DNA from: an uncultured Candidatus Micrarchaeota archaeon
GTDB lineage: Archaea > Micrarchaeota > Micrarchaeia > Anstonellales > Anstonellaceae
DNA length: 57,469 nucleotides
Direction: 5' to 3'
NCBI GenBank assembly: GCA_903892905.1
Contig: CAITKI010000153.1
Location: forward strand, 1-57,469
Shown in pieces: positions 19,103 through 28,860 of the stretch. Position 1 is the first letter of the stretch. Each line of letters begins with the position of its first letter. The notes under the pieces are model-generated. The model searched no databases. It was not told where the DNA came from and saw nothing but the letters and a program-made list of their open reading frames with translations. The position numbers and the translations under genes were made by a program.

Positions 19103-20101
19103 ATGAAACATGATTTTTCAGATGATTTTGAAGCCAAGCTTTCTTCCATGGCAGACACGGGCGCGCGCGTGCTCATCACTGGCGGCTCGGGCTACCTGGG
19201 CTCTATACTTACCGAAATGCTGGTGGACAGGGGCTTTGACGTAACCGTGGTGGACAACCTCGCCTATTCCCAAAACACGCTGTTCAACCTGTTTTCCAGC
19301 GGGAAATTGAAATTCGTATTCGGCGACATAACGAACGAGAAGTTCATGCAGAAGCTCCTGTCTGACGGCAATTACGACTACATTTTCCCGCTTGCGGCCG
19401 TGGTGGGCTTCCCGGTGTCGGAGCAGAAGCCGGAGATAACCTGGATGATAAACCATGGGGCGGTCCTGACCATCCTCAAGCACAGGAAAAAAGGCAGCAG
19501 GATCATTTTCCCGACCACCAATTCAGGATATGGCATTACGAGCGGGGAGGCGGAGTGCACCGAGGACTCGCCCCTGAACCCGATTTCCACATACGGCAAG
19601 AGCAAGGTGGAGGCTGAAAAGGCGGTGATGGCGGCCGGCGACTCGGTCTGCTTCAGGCTTGCCACGCTTTTCGGCTTCTCGCCAAGGATGAGGACCGACC
19701 TGCTGGTCAATGACTTTGTCTACAAAGCCGTCAATGAAAAGTCCATCATACTGTTCGAGCGCAAGTTCAAGAGGAACTTCCTCCACGTGCGCGACGCAGC
19801 CAGGGGCTTTTTGTGGGCAATGGGCAACTGGGATAAGATGAAGGGCAGCACTTACAACCTCGGGCACCCGGACTACAACATAAGCAAGGACGAGCTTTGC
19901 CAGCTCATAAAAAAGCGCGTGCCTGCCCTGAACATATTCTACGCGGAGATCGGGAGCGACCCGGACAAGAGGAACTACGTGGTGTCGAACGCAAGGGTGC
20001 TTGCCACCGGCTTTGCGTTCAACCACACGCTTGAAGAGGGGATAGACGAGCTCGTGCGCGGCTACGAGGCATTCAGGGACTACCGCTTCAAGAATTATTG
20101 A
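19103..20101 (+). CDS. SDR, probable GDP-D-glycero-alpha-D-manno-heptose C4-dehydrogenase (Cj1427-like)
   Basis: Motifs recalled from C. jejuni Cj1427: PLAAxVG, TNSGYG, CTExSPLxPISxYG, FRLAT.FG.SPRMR.DLLVNDF, IGxDPDKR.Y.VSN. Confidence 0.75.
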   Translation: MKHDFSDDFEAKLSSMADTGARVLITGGSGYLGSILTEMLVDRGFDVTVVDNLAYSQNTLFNLFSSGKLKFVFGDITNEKFMQKLLSDGNYDYIFPLAAVVGFPVSEQKPEITWMINHGAVLTILKHRKKGSRIIFPTTNSGYGITSGEAECTEDSPLNPISTYGKSKVEAEKAVMAAGDSVCFRLATLFGFSPRMRTDLLVNDFVYKAVNEKSIILFERKFKRNFLHVRDAARGFLWAMGNWDKMKGSTYNLGHPDYNISKDELCQLIKKRVPALNIFYAEIGSDPDKRNYVVSNARVLATGFAFNHTLEEGIDELVRGYEAFRDYRFKNY

Positions 20102-20112
20102 ATGGTGTTTTG

Positions 20113-21039
20113 ATGAGGATACTTGTCACAGGCGCCACGGGCTTTTTGGGCAGCCACCTTTGCAAGCGGCTTTTGCAGGAAGGCAATGATGTGGCCGGGC
20201 TGGGCTCGCGCGAATGCGACCTTACAGTCGAGGGCTCGCTGCAACGCGCGCTTGCCGGGAGAAAGGGCGATTTTGACGAGATAATCCACCTTGCCGCGTG
20301 GACGCAGGCTGGCGACTTTTGCCTCAGGCACCCGGGGGAGCAGTGGCTGATAAACCAGAGGATAAACACCAATGTGCTTTCTTACTGGAAAGACGAGCAG
20401 GAGCAGGCAAAGCTGCTGTTCATGGGCACAAGCTGTTCTTACGACCCCGCCCTTTCGCTGCGCGAGGAGAATTACATGTCGGGCGTTCCGATAGAGAGCC
20501 TGTTCACCTATGCAATGACCAAGAGGATGCTCTATGCCGGCGCGCTTGCCTTGAACAAGCAATACGGGATGAAGTACCTGTGCTTTGTGCCATCCACCCT
20601 GTATGGGCCAGGCTACCACACGGACAAACGGCAGATGCACTTCATATTCGACCTGATAAGGAAAATAATCCGCGGAAAGCTCCATGGCGAGGAAGTGGTG
20701 CTCTGGGGCGACGGCCACCAGAAGCGCGAGCTTGTCTACATAGACGACTTCACATCCGCCATGCTGGCGCTTGACAGGCGCTGCGAAAACGAATTGATAA
20801 ACATAGGGGAGGGCCAGGAGCACACCATACGCGAATTCGCAGGCATGGTATGCGACGAGGTCGGCTATGATTTTTCAAGGATAAAGTTTGACGCCTCCCG
20901 CTATGTGGGGGCAAAGTCAAAGTGCCTGGACATTTCGAAGCTGAAGGGGCTCTATCCTGAATATCGGCCCACTCCGCTGAAGGCAGGGCTATCGGCAACC
21001 ATAAAATGGTTTATGCAGCAAGCTTGGGAAAAGGGATGA
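20113..21039 (+). CDS. GDP-L-fucose synthase-like SDR (NDP-4-keto-sugar reductase)
   Basis: TGATGFLG, GTSCSY, YAMTK, LWGDG.QKRE. Confidence 0.8.
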   Translation: MRILVTGATGFLGSHLCKRLLQEGNDVAGLGSRECDLTVEGSLQRALAGRKGDFDEIIHLAAWTQAGDFCLRHPGEQWLINQRINTNVLSYWKDEQEQAKLLFMGTSCSYDPALSLREENYMSGVPIESLFTYAMTKRMLYAGALALNKQYGMKYLCFVPSTLYGPGYHTDKRQMHFIFDLIRKIIRGKLHGEEVVLWGDGHQKRELVYIDDFTSAMLALDRRCENELINIGEGQEHTIREFAGMVCDEVGYDFSRIKFDASRYVGAKSKCLDISKLKGLYPEYRPTPLKAGLSATIKWFMQQAWEKG

Positions 21040-21043
21040 TTGG

Positions 21044-22240
21044 ATGATTTGCAGGGTATGCGATTCGGCGAAATTGGAGCTTGCGCTCGATTTGGGGCAG
21101 CAGCCATGGGGCAACAATTTCCTCACGAAGGAACAGGTGGGGAAAGAGCCATTCTACCCGCTGCGGGTGGTGTTCTGCCATGACTGCAGGACGGCGCAGC
21201 TGGACCACACGGTCAAAAAAGAGATAATGTTCGGCAACCACACCTACCTTTCAGGCATGACGCGCACGCTGGACAACCACTTCGAGAAGGTGGCGCGCGA
21301 GGTGGATGCCAGGTTCTATTCCAACAGGAAGAAAAAATCGGTGTTCGACATCGGCTCGAACGACGGCACGCAGCTGAAGCACTACAAGGAGCTGGGCTAC
21401 GAGGTGCTCGGCGTGGAGTCCTCGGTGATGACTGCAAAGATTGCGAACGAGCGGGGATTGCCCACATTGAACAAGTTCTTCAACCTTGAGGCTGCCCGGG
21501 AGCTGAACAGGAAATTTGACGTGATAAACGCATCGGGCATTTTCTTCCACCTTGAGGAGCTGCATTCCGTGACGGACGGCATAAAGGAGCTTCTTGCGGA
21601 CGACGGGGTTTTTGTGGTGCAGTTCATCTACATGAAAACCGCAATCGACAACCTGGCGTTCGACCAGATATACCACGAGCACCTGCTCTACTACACGCTT
21701 GAGACCATCGAGAAGCTGCTGGAGCGCCATGGGCTGTCGATGTTCGATGCTTACCTGTCGCCCATACACGGCGGGTCCATAATGGGCTTTGTCACGCACA
21801 AGGAAAAGGTGAAGAAAAGCGAGAGGCTCCTCAAAATGCTCCAGGAGGAGAAGGATGCACGCGCAAACGAATTTTCCACCTACCTGAAGTTCGCAAAGGA
21901 CGTTGAGGCGCTCAAAGCCAGGGAAGTCGGGTACCTGAGGGCTGCGAAGAAGGCAGGCAAGACAATCTACGGCTTTGGCGCGCCTGTCAAGGGCAACACG
22001 CTTTTGAATTATTTCAACGTTGGCACGGAATGTATGGATTGCCTTGTCGAGAAGAACCCGCTGCGGAAGGGGCTGTACTCGCCAGGCATGCACGTGCCGA
22101 TTGCGCTTGAAAGCGAAGTGGAAAAGCTTCCGGACATCTATTACGTGCTTGCATGGAATTTCAGGAAGGAGATACTTGAATTGAACAGGCCGCTGATTGA
22201 ACGCGGGGTGGAGTTCCACTTCCCGATAACACCAAAGTGA
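21044..22240 (+). CDS. NDP-sugar C-methyltransferase (Zn-binding N-terminus + SAM + C-methyltransferase C-terminal domain)
   Basis: CRVC...LDLG.QP..N.F...C..C, DIGSNDG, DQIYHEH, HGGS, GAPVKGNTLLN, LAWNF. Confidence 0.85.
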   Translation: MICRVCDSAKLELALDLGQQPWGNNFLTKEQVGKEPFYPLRVVFCHDCRTAQLDHTVKKEIMFGNHTYLSGMTRTLDNHFEKVAREVDARFYSNRKKKSVFDIGSNDGTQLKHYKELGYEVLGVESSVMTAKIANERGLPTLNKFFNLEAARELNRKFDVINASGIFFHLEELHSVTDGIKELLADDGVFVVQFIYMKTAIDNLAFDQIYHEHLLYYTLETIEKLLERHGLSMFDAYLSPIHGGSIMGFVTHKEKVKKSERLLKMLQEEKDARANEFSTYLKFAKDVEALKAREVGYLRAAKKAGKTIYGFGAPVKGNTLLNYFNVGTECMDCLVEKNPLRKGLYSPGMHVPIALESEVEKLPDIYYVLAWNFRKEILELNRPLIERGVEFHFPITPK

Positions 22241-23181
22241 TGAAAATGAGATTATTAGTGACGGGAGCCAATGGATTCGTCGGGAGGGCGCTGCTGCCCA
22301 AGCTAAGCAAGGCTGGGCACGAGATAATTGCGCCAGCCAGGCAGGAATACGACTTGCTGGAGCAGGCAAGGGTGCGCGCGCTTTTCCGAGATGTTGAGCC
22401 CGACGCAGTCATACACCTCGCCGCGCGCGTGGGGGGTATAATGGCAAACAAGACATACCCGGGCGAATTCATATACCAAAACATGGGCATGAACACCATT
22501 TTCCTCGAGGAGGCGCGCAAGGCGGGGGTGAAGCGCCTGCTCTATTCGTTCTGCGGCTGCTCGTTCGGCAAGAACTCGCCCAACCCCATAAAGGAGGAAT
22601 ACCTGTTCCGCGAGGGGGGGCTGCCTGACGAGAACGCCATGTTCTACTCGCTTGGCAAGGCGGCAAACCATTTGCAGCTTGTTGCATACAGGCGCCAGTA
22701 CGGGCTTGACTGGGTGTCGCTCATCCCGGGCAATGCATACGGGCCGCACGACAATTTCTCGGAAAAAAATTCGCACGTCGTACCGGGCCTGATACGCCGC
22801 TTCCATTTTGCAAAGGAAAGGGGCGACAGGAAATTCACCGCATGGGGAAGCGGAAAGCCAGTCCGCGACTTTGTTTATGTTGACGATGTCGCTGAATCGT
22901 TCGTGCTTGCGCTGGAGCGCCACCACGAGGAGCTGCCAATCAACGTCTCATCAGGAGTTGGCATAAGCATAAAGGAAACGATGGAAACCATAGCGAGCGT
23001 GGTTGGCTTTGAAGGCGAGATTGAATGGGACGCTTCCAAGCCAGATGGGCACATGGTAAAGGTGTTCGATGTTTCGAGAATGCGAAGCGTGCTTGGTTTT
23101 GAGCCAAAGGTGCAGCTGGAAGAGGGCATAAGGAAGACTTATGACTGGTTTGTGAAGCACCAGCAAGAGGCGAGGCTGTAG
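22237..23181 (+). CDS. GDP-L-fucose synthase-like C4-reductase (Fcl/Cj1428 family)
   Basis: HLAARVGGIMAN..YPGEFI, N.YGPHDNF...SHVVPGLIRRF, WGSGKPVRDF, WDASKPDG. Confidence 0.85.
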   Translation: MMKMRLLVTGANGFVGRALLPKLSKAGHEIIAPARQEYDLLEQARVRALFRDVEPDAVIHLAARVGGIMANKTYPGEFIYQNMGMNTIFLEEARKAGVKRLLYSFCGCSFGKNSPNPIKEEYLFREGGLPDENAMFYSLGKAANHLQLVAYRRQYGLDWVSLIPGNAYGPHDNFSEKNSHVVPGLIRRFHFAKERGDRKFTAWGSGKPVRDFVYVDDVAESFVLALERHHEELPINVSSGVGISIKETMETIASVVGFEGEIEWDASKPDGHMVKVFDVSRMRSVLGFEPKVQLEEGIRKTYDWFVKHQQEARL

Positions 23182-23197
23182 TGCAGCGGGCGGTTTG

Positions 23198-23968
23198 ATG
23201 AAAGTTGGGATAATCGGGCACATGGGCTTTGTGGGTGCGGCATTCTTCAAGGCTTTTTCCGAAGGCAAGGGGCACTCCGTGACCGGCATAGACAGGCAGA
23301 ACTACGCCACGCTTAGAGGCACGCGGTTCGACATCCTGGTGAACTGCAATGGCAACTCAAGCAAGAGGCTGGCGGAAAGCGATCCGGCAGAGGACTTTGA
23401 TGCGAATGCGTCTGCGACCGTGCGCGCACTCCTTGATTTTCCATGCGAACACTATGTGCATATATCAACGGTCGAAGTTTACAATGACAAAACAGGCCAA
23501 GAGGCCACGCGCGAGGATGTGCGCATAGACCCCTCCGGGCTTTCGAACTACGGATTCTCGAAATACTGCGGCGAGCTTGCGGCAATGAAATACGCAAAGA
23601 GCTGCATGGTGCTGAGGCTGGCAGGCATGGTGGGCCCGGGAATGAAAAAGGGGCCGGCATATGACATATTGGCGCAGGGCAGGCTTTTCATTTCCAGCAA
23701 GTCTGAGCTCCATTTCATGCACACGCGAGACGTGGCGCGCATTGCCATGCTCCTGTGCAGCAAGGGCAAGTGGGGCGAGACTTACAACGTGGTGGGCAGA
23801 GGCACCCTCCCCCTTTCCGAGTTTGCCTCGATTGCCGGCACCGGCCTTTCGGGCGAAGGAGACGATGTTGTGAAATTTTCCATTTCAACTGCAAAGCTCC
23901 AGGGCGTCTGCCCTGTCCCTGAAAGCAAGGAAGCTGTAAAGAAATTTGTAGGGGAGTGGGGCAGATGA
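23198..23968 (+). CDS. NAD-dependent epimerase/dehydratase
   Basis: GHMGFVG, ISTVEVY, YGFSK. Confidence 0.75.
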   Translation: MKVGIIGHMGFVGAAFFKAFSEGKGHSVTGIDRQNYATLRGTRFDILVNCNGNSSKRLAESDPAEDFDANASATVRALLDFPCEHYVHISTVEVYNDKTGQEATREDVRIDPSGLSNYGFSKYCGELAAMKYAKSCMVLRLAGMVGPGMKKGPAYDILAQGRLFISSKSELHFMHTRDVARIAMLLCSKGKWGETYNVVGRGTLPLSEFASIAGTGLSGEGDDVVKFSISTAKLQGVCPVPESKEAVKKFVGEWGR

Positions 23969-25164
23969 AAGCGGATATCGCAGCGAATATGGGCGGATTG
24001 CTCCTGGAAAACATAGTGGACATGCGGGAAGGCCCCAGGAAAAAAGCAGTGGTGTTCAGCCCCGTGGGGGACATGGCGCAGATGGAGGAGTTTTGCAGGC
24101 ACGTGAAAAGCCTGAAGATACATGACGCCGCCGATTTTGTCTTTGTCTACCGGCAGGGCCTTAAGTATTCGAGCCTGCTGCCCGCGGTGCATGCGGCTGA
24201 GAGATATCCGCTGGGCACGGCAGGCTGTTTTTTCGCAGGGGAAAAGCTGGCATACTCGCTTGGCTATGAAGTCATAATAGTTGCAGACCTTGATGCGCAC
24301 CTCGACTCCAGGCGCACCTTTGACGAGATGCTGGAGATGTGCAGGAAGGGGGGCAAAGTGGTCTCGCCAGTTTCCACGAGCCAGGAAAACTCAGAGAAAT
24401 ACGTGGCATACAACTTCAACCAGTGGAGCTTTTTTCCAAGGGAGGCGTACGACACCATAGGCATGTCGACCCCTTATTTTTGGAGAGGGGGGGACGACTA
24501 CGAGATGATATGCCGGTACCGCCACCACGGGGAGAACGTTGTCTACACAAAGGGGAATGTGTTCCACCCAATGGTGGGCTACACCGTGTTCCACAAGATG
24601 GTGCAGAGAAAAAAGCAGTATACTTACATTGCAGGCTTGCTCAAGTCGCTGCTTTTCATAGGCACCTACAGCAGAGTAGGAAGCGCGAAGTACTTGCTCT
24701 GGCATGTCTACTATTCATTTGCAGCGGATGTTTTTTCGGACCCTGACCTTGGCGATGCCGTGAATGGCGCGCACACGCTTTCCGTGGAGGAGCCCGAAGG
24801 CAACGACATGAAGATTTTTGAGGTGAAGAAAGTGAGGGAGCGCGGGCGCTACTCCAACGTCTCGCCCATGAGGGCATTCTTGTTCCCCGCCGCCTTGGTG
24901 CATCTTCTGCTGTTCGGCCATTACGACATCTATACGGACAGAGTATACCTGAAGATGCCGAAATGGAAGATGCTTCTCGGGCTTGGCGCCGCGGTCCTGC
25001 TGCTTCCAATCAGGGCAGCCCAGGCACTTGCCTGCCTGTCGCAGTTCGGCAGGTATTTTGGGAAAGTGGTCTTTCCGGTGACATCTGCCAACATGGATAA
25101 AGCTGAGGGGATATACCGGACGCTGCTGGTCGAGCACAGGCTCGGCAAGGAGGGAGATGGATGA
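23965..25164 (+). CDS. GT2-like glycosyltransferase with C-terminal membrane segments
   Basis: LGTAGCF, ADLD (DxD), FWRGGDDYE; paralogous to the genes at 26224 and 27505. Confidence 0.65.
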   Translation: MKADIAANMGGLLLENIVDMREGPRKKAVVFSPVGDMAQMEEFCRHVKSLKIHDAADFVFVYRQGLKYSSLLPAVHAAERYPLGTAGCFFAGEKLAYSLGYEVIIVADLDAHLDSRRTFDEMLEMCRKGGKVVSPVSTSQENSEKYVAYNFNQWSFFPREAYDTIGMSTPYFWRGGDDYEMICRYRHHGENVVYTKGNVFHPMVGYTVFHKMVQRKKQYTYIAGLLKSLLFIGTYSRVGSAKYLLWHVYYSFAADVFSDPDLGDAVNGAHTLSVEEPEGNDMKIFEVKKVRERGRYSNVSPMRAFLFPAALVHLLLFGHYDIYTDRVYLKMPKWKMLLGLGAAVLLLPIRAAQALACLSQFGRYFGKVVFPVTSANMDKAEGIYRTLLVEHRLGKEGDG

Positions 25165-26237
25165 TGGCAGGCGAAAGCGAAGGGTGGGAATGGGCAAAGT
25201 CCGAGTTCCCGAAAAGGTATGAAGAATCGCTGATTGCTGCAAAAGCCAGGAGCGCGAGCGCAAGTGGGAAAGCCTCGTTTGCGTTTGCCAAGGGAATGTT
25301 CAGCTTTGCGCCAGGCTTTGTGAAGGAGCACGGGCTGGTAAGGAAACTGCGCAAGGCATACCTCAAGGCAAATGGAAAGGAAGAGCAGCCATATGCCATG
25401 CTTTGCATGCAGAGCTTTGTGAATTATCTTCTGAACCGCGAGCCTGCGCTTCCACGGGGCGCTGGCAAGGAATACGCATCCGAGGCGCAACGGATTGTGG
25501 GGCATTACATCCAGGGCGCTCTTGGCGGCGGCATGGAACACCGCAAGATATACGGGGATTTTTACGCCAAGGTGAAAAAGCAGGGCCGACATTACGAGCT
25601 TCATGGCGTGAAGCTTTGCAGCAATACCTTTTTCCCAGAGGTTTTTTTCCACCACCATGGCCTGAAGCGCCTTCCGGCCGATGCACTTTCCAGGGTGCGC
25701 AAAGGCGCCATATTGGACATCGGCGCTGCAAACGGGGATTCCGCATGCGTGCTTTCGCACTACACTGACGGCAAGGTATATTCGTTCGAATGCGATTCCA
25801 GGGCATATGGCGAGATGGAAAAGAACATTGCGCTCAATGGGCTAAAAAACGTGGTGCCTGTGATGGCCGCAATAGGCCAGCGGGAGGAGAAGCTCGGCTT
25901 TGACGGGTTCCCGCGCGATTTTTATTTCCACCATCAGCAAAAAAGCGCGATTGAGACTGAGACGGTTTCTTTGGATGGCTTTTGCATGAAGAACGGCGTC
26001 GGCCAGGTCTCGCTTTTGAAGATGGACATCGAGGGGTTTGAGCTGGAAGCCATGCTTGGCGCAAGGCAGGTCATCGCGCGGGACAAGCCAGTCGTGATAG
26101 CAAGCGTTTACCACACGGGCAAGGACTTTTTCGAAGTCCCGCTGGAGCTTAAGAGGCTCAACCCTGCCTACCGCTTCATGCTGCTCACGCTCAATGAGGA
26201 AGTGCCCATGATGGAATCCACGCTTGTGGCATATTGA
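25161..26237 (+). CDS. FkbM-family methyltransferase
   Basis: LDIGAANGDS, VYSFE, LKMDIEGFEL, SVYH. Confidence 0.85.
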   Translation: MMAGESEGWEWAKSEFPKRYEESLIAAKARSASASGKASFAFAKGMFSFAPGFVKEHGLVRKLRKAYLKANGKEEQPYAMLCMQSFVNYLLNREPALPRGAGKEYASEAQRIVGHYIQGALGGGMEHRKIYGDFYAKVKKQGRHYELHGVKLCSNTFFPEVFFHHHGLKRLPADALSRVRKGAILDIGAANGDSACVLSHYTDGKVYSFECDSRAYGEMEKNIALNGLKNVVPVMAAIGQREEKLGFDGFPRDFYFHHQQKSAIETETVSLDGFCMKNGVGQVSLLKMDIEGFELEAMLGARQVIARDKPVVIASVYHTGKDFFEVPLELKRLNPAYRFMLLTLNEEVPMMESTLVAY

Positions 26238-27501
26238 AGGTGGCTTTTTGGACTATGCCTATTACGATGCAGTCTCCATGGAAAGGAAGTTTGGGGAGGG
26301 CGGCAATGCCCTTGCCGTGGTAATTCCGGTCTACAATGAATATGGCGTGCTGGCAGAGCACCTCAGAATCCTGAAGGGGCAGGCATTCGGGGGCTTTGAT
26401 GTTTTCCTGGTCCTATCAGACATCGCTGATTTCGAGAAAGTCTGGCAGGCTGCAAAAAAGTCAGGCCTCGCAGGGATTGTGATCAAAAGGGAAAACGACA
26501 CTGGGAGCGCGGGCGGTTTTTACCTGGGAGCAAAGCGCGCCCTCGCAGCAGGATGCAGGGCAATCATATTTGCAGACGTTGATGCGCTTCCCTGCGGAAG
26601 CAATCTCATTTCCCTGCTTTGGGAGAAGCTGGAATCAGGCGCAGATTTCGTGATGTCCGAAAGCAGGCTTTCGCTTGAAGGCAAAGGGGTTGCCAGCGAG
26701 CGCGTGCTCAACCAATACTCGCTCGTCTCTGCGAGGCTGGCAAAAAAGGCGGGCCTGCACTATGCCCCCGCCTATCTTGGCGCTGATGACGCGGAATATT
26801 CCCAGAGGCTGTCCAGATTCTGCAAGCCGCAGATGTCGGGAGGGCAAGTCAGCCACCCTCTCATGGATTTTGGCTCCCGCGGGCTTCCGAGGTCGGTTGC
26901 ATATTCCATAAACCTTGCCCTCCTGTGGATCCCGAGAGGATGGCATTATTACATCTATTTTTTCGGGCTTGCAGCCCCGGTTTTCATTTTCTTCGGAAAA
27001 GACCAGAGCAGGAAGGCAGGCATGCACGCGGTTTCCTGCATGCTGCGCCACCGATTTGGCAAGGACGCCTATTCTGGCGCAGCCTTGCAGCCTTTGAAGG
27101 AACAGGCATACGGGCTTGAGCGGCTGGTGGCAGCAGCGCCCTGCAGCCTGCCTGGCGCAACGCAGCTCAGGTATTCATATGAGAGCGGGGCGATCGGGAA
27201 GGCAAAAAACGGGCTCGGTCTGGTGACAGGGATTTTCAGGAAGGCAGTGGCGCTTAAAAGGGTGAACATGACAACGGTGGCAATCGCCATGGCACTGGGA
27301 AGGAAAACGGCGATACTTGGGGAAGATGACATGGTGGAAATTGTCTCGGATAATGGCGGCGCCTTGCGCCACGTGGCAAAGGCAGTTGCATTTGCAGCTT
27401 GCCTGCCGTTTTTCATGCTGGCGGCAATTGCCAGCCTGCCAATAAACATTGCATTGCGCCCAAAAACAGCAGGCTATGGAATTGACCAGGAGAGGAGATA
27501 G
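26224..27501 (+). CDS. GT2 glycosyltransferase
   Basis: VVIPVYNE, GSAGGF, ADVD, YLGADDAEY. Confidence 0.8.
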   Translation: MWHIEGGFLDYAYYDAVSMERKFGEGGNALAVVIPVYNEYGVLAEHLRILKGQAFGGFDVFLVLSDIADFEKVWQAAKKSGLAGIVIKRENDTGSAGGFYLGAKRALAAGCRAIIFADVDALPCGSNLISLLWEKLESGADFVMSESRLSLEGKGVASERVLNQYSLVSARLAKKAGLHYAPAYLGADDAEYSQRLSRFCKPQMSGGQVSHPLMDFGSRGLPRSVAYSINLALLWIPRGWHYYIYFFGLAAPVFIFFGKDQSRKAGMHAVSCMLRHRFGKDAYSGAALQPLKEQAYGLERLVAAAPCSLPGATQLRYSYESGAIGKAKNGLGLVTGIFRKAVALKRVNMTTVAIAMALGRKTAILGEDDMVEIVSDNGGALRHVAKAVAFAACLPFFMLAAIASLPINIALRPKTAGYGIDQERR

Positions 27502-27504
27502 CCC

Positions 27505-28860
27505 ATGGATGCTGAAACCCAGATTGCAAAGCTGCTTGGAAAGCCCACTGGCAGCAGGAAAAACATCTGCTGCATAGTCATACCGGCAGGGAACGAGGCA
27601 GCTATGCTTGAAAAGCACCTTGAGCTTCTCTCAAGGCAGACCACAAAGGGATTTGATGTCCTAGTGGTGGGCAAGCCCGTCAAAGTTCCCGCAGGGATGA
27701 ATGTGAGGTTCTGTGAAGAGCGGCGCCCAGTTGGTTCATCCGGAGGCTTCGGGCTAGGGCAGGTGCAGGCATACCTGCTCGGCTATGAATACATCACCAG
27801 CGCGGACCTTGACTGCTTCCCGATTTCCAGCAACCTGGTGGAGAGATTGGTGGCCGACGCAAAAAGGACTGGCAAAGTGGCAATGCCGCTGAGCCTGTTT
27901 GACCGCGGCTACGACCCGAAGAAAAGCAAGCAGAACCACATCATAAACCATTACGGAACGGCAAGCAGGAAGGTGCTGGAGAGCTGCGGCTTCATGGACT
28001 TCAGGTTCTACAAGGGCGGGGAAGATGTTGAGATGCAAAAGAGGCTGGAAGAGTGCGGCTTGGTTTTCCGAGATGCGGACCTGTCAGTGGAGCACAAGAA
28101 CAAGGAGTGCAACCACTTGGAGACCATGAGCCTTGCAGGGAGCAAGTTCCTTTACTACAGCAAGAACTTCATAATCGCCAACCTCCGCCTGTCGGCATAC
28201 TGCCTCAGGAAGGGCAGGCTGCCAAGCGCAGCGAAGTATTTTCTGTCCACGCTTGCCGCGCTTGCCAACTACCTAGTGGTCTACAGGAACCACCACGACC
28301 TGCTGGCTGCTGCATTCATTGACGGCCTGTCGCTCAACATGGAAAAGGTTTACTGTGCCAGGAAAGCCACCATAGAGTGCCTGTCCGAGGCCCGTGGGAA
28401 AGGAGTGGCAGTTTTGATAAATGGTGAAAAAGGCGGCAAGGACGCGGTTTATTTCAAGCCAAAGGAATGGCTGCTTTCGCATGGCAAGCCCTCGGCAATA
28501 TTGCACCTAGCGTCCGCGATGGTCAGAGTGGCTGCCAACAGGGCAGATTATGTTGAACCCTCGCCAAAATTCCTGGACGATTATAAATTTTTCATCCAGT
28601 ACCTTGTGCTGGTAAAGCCGATAAAATATACAGATGGCAAACTTTACAGGGAGAGGGGCGGGCTGTTGGGAATTGCACTGAGCTGTGCCATTTCGCTTGC
28701 CATGCTGCCCATGCTTTTTGCGGCTTGCTTGGCCATGGTGGCGATATGCCTGCTTGACAGGAGCAGCCCCGTGGCAGTTTCCAACCTTGCAGAAAATCTG
28801 GGCAGGTTCGATTCTTATCTTATGAAGATGGAAAAGGAATGCAGCCAAAAAGGAGGGTGA
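27505..28860 (+). CDS. GT2 glycosyltransferase
   Basis: IVIP, GSSGGF, ADLD, FYKGGEDVE. Confidence 0.78.
   Translation: MDAETQIAKLLGKPTGSRKNICCIVIPAGNEAAMLEKHLELLSRQTTKGFDVLVVGKPVKVPAGMNVRFCEERRPVGSSGGFGLGQVQAYLLGYEYITSADLDCFPISSNLVERLVADAKRTGKVAMPLSLFDRGYDPKKSKQNHIINHYGTASRKVLESCGFMDFRFYKGGEDVEMQKRLEECGLVFRDADLSVEHKNKECNHLETMSLAGSKFLYYSKNFIIANLRLSAYCLRKGRLPSAAKYFLSTLAALANYLVVYRNHHDLLAAAFIDGLSLNMEKVYCARKATIECLSEARGKGVAVLINGEKGGKDAVYFKPKEWLLSHGKPSAILHLASAMVRVAANRADYVEPSPKFLDDYKFFIQYLVLVKPIKYTDGKLYRERGGLLGIALSCAISLAMLPMLFAACLAMVAICLLDRSSPVAVSNLAENLGRFDSYLMKMEKECSQKGG

Noticed and set aside
21251..22369. 372-aa minus-strand ORF and many similar long antisense ORFs
   Set aside because: Shadow frames of GC-rich, motif-supported genes on the opposite strand.
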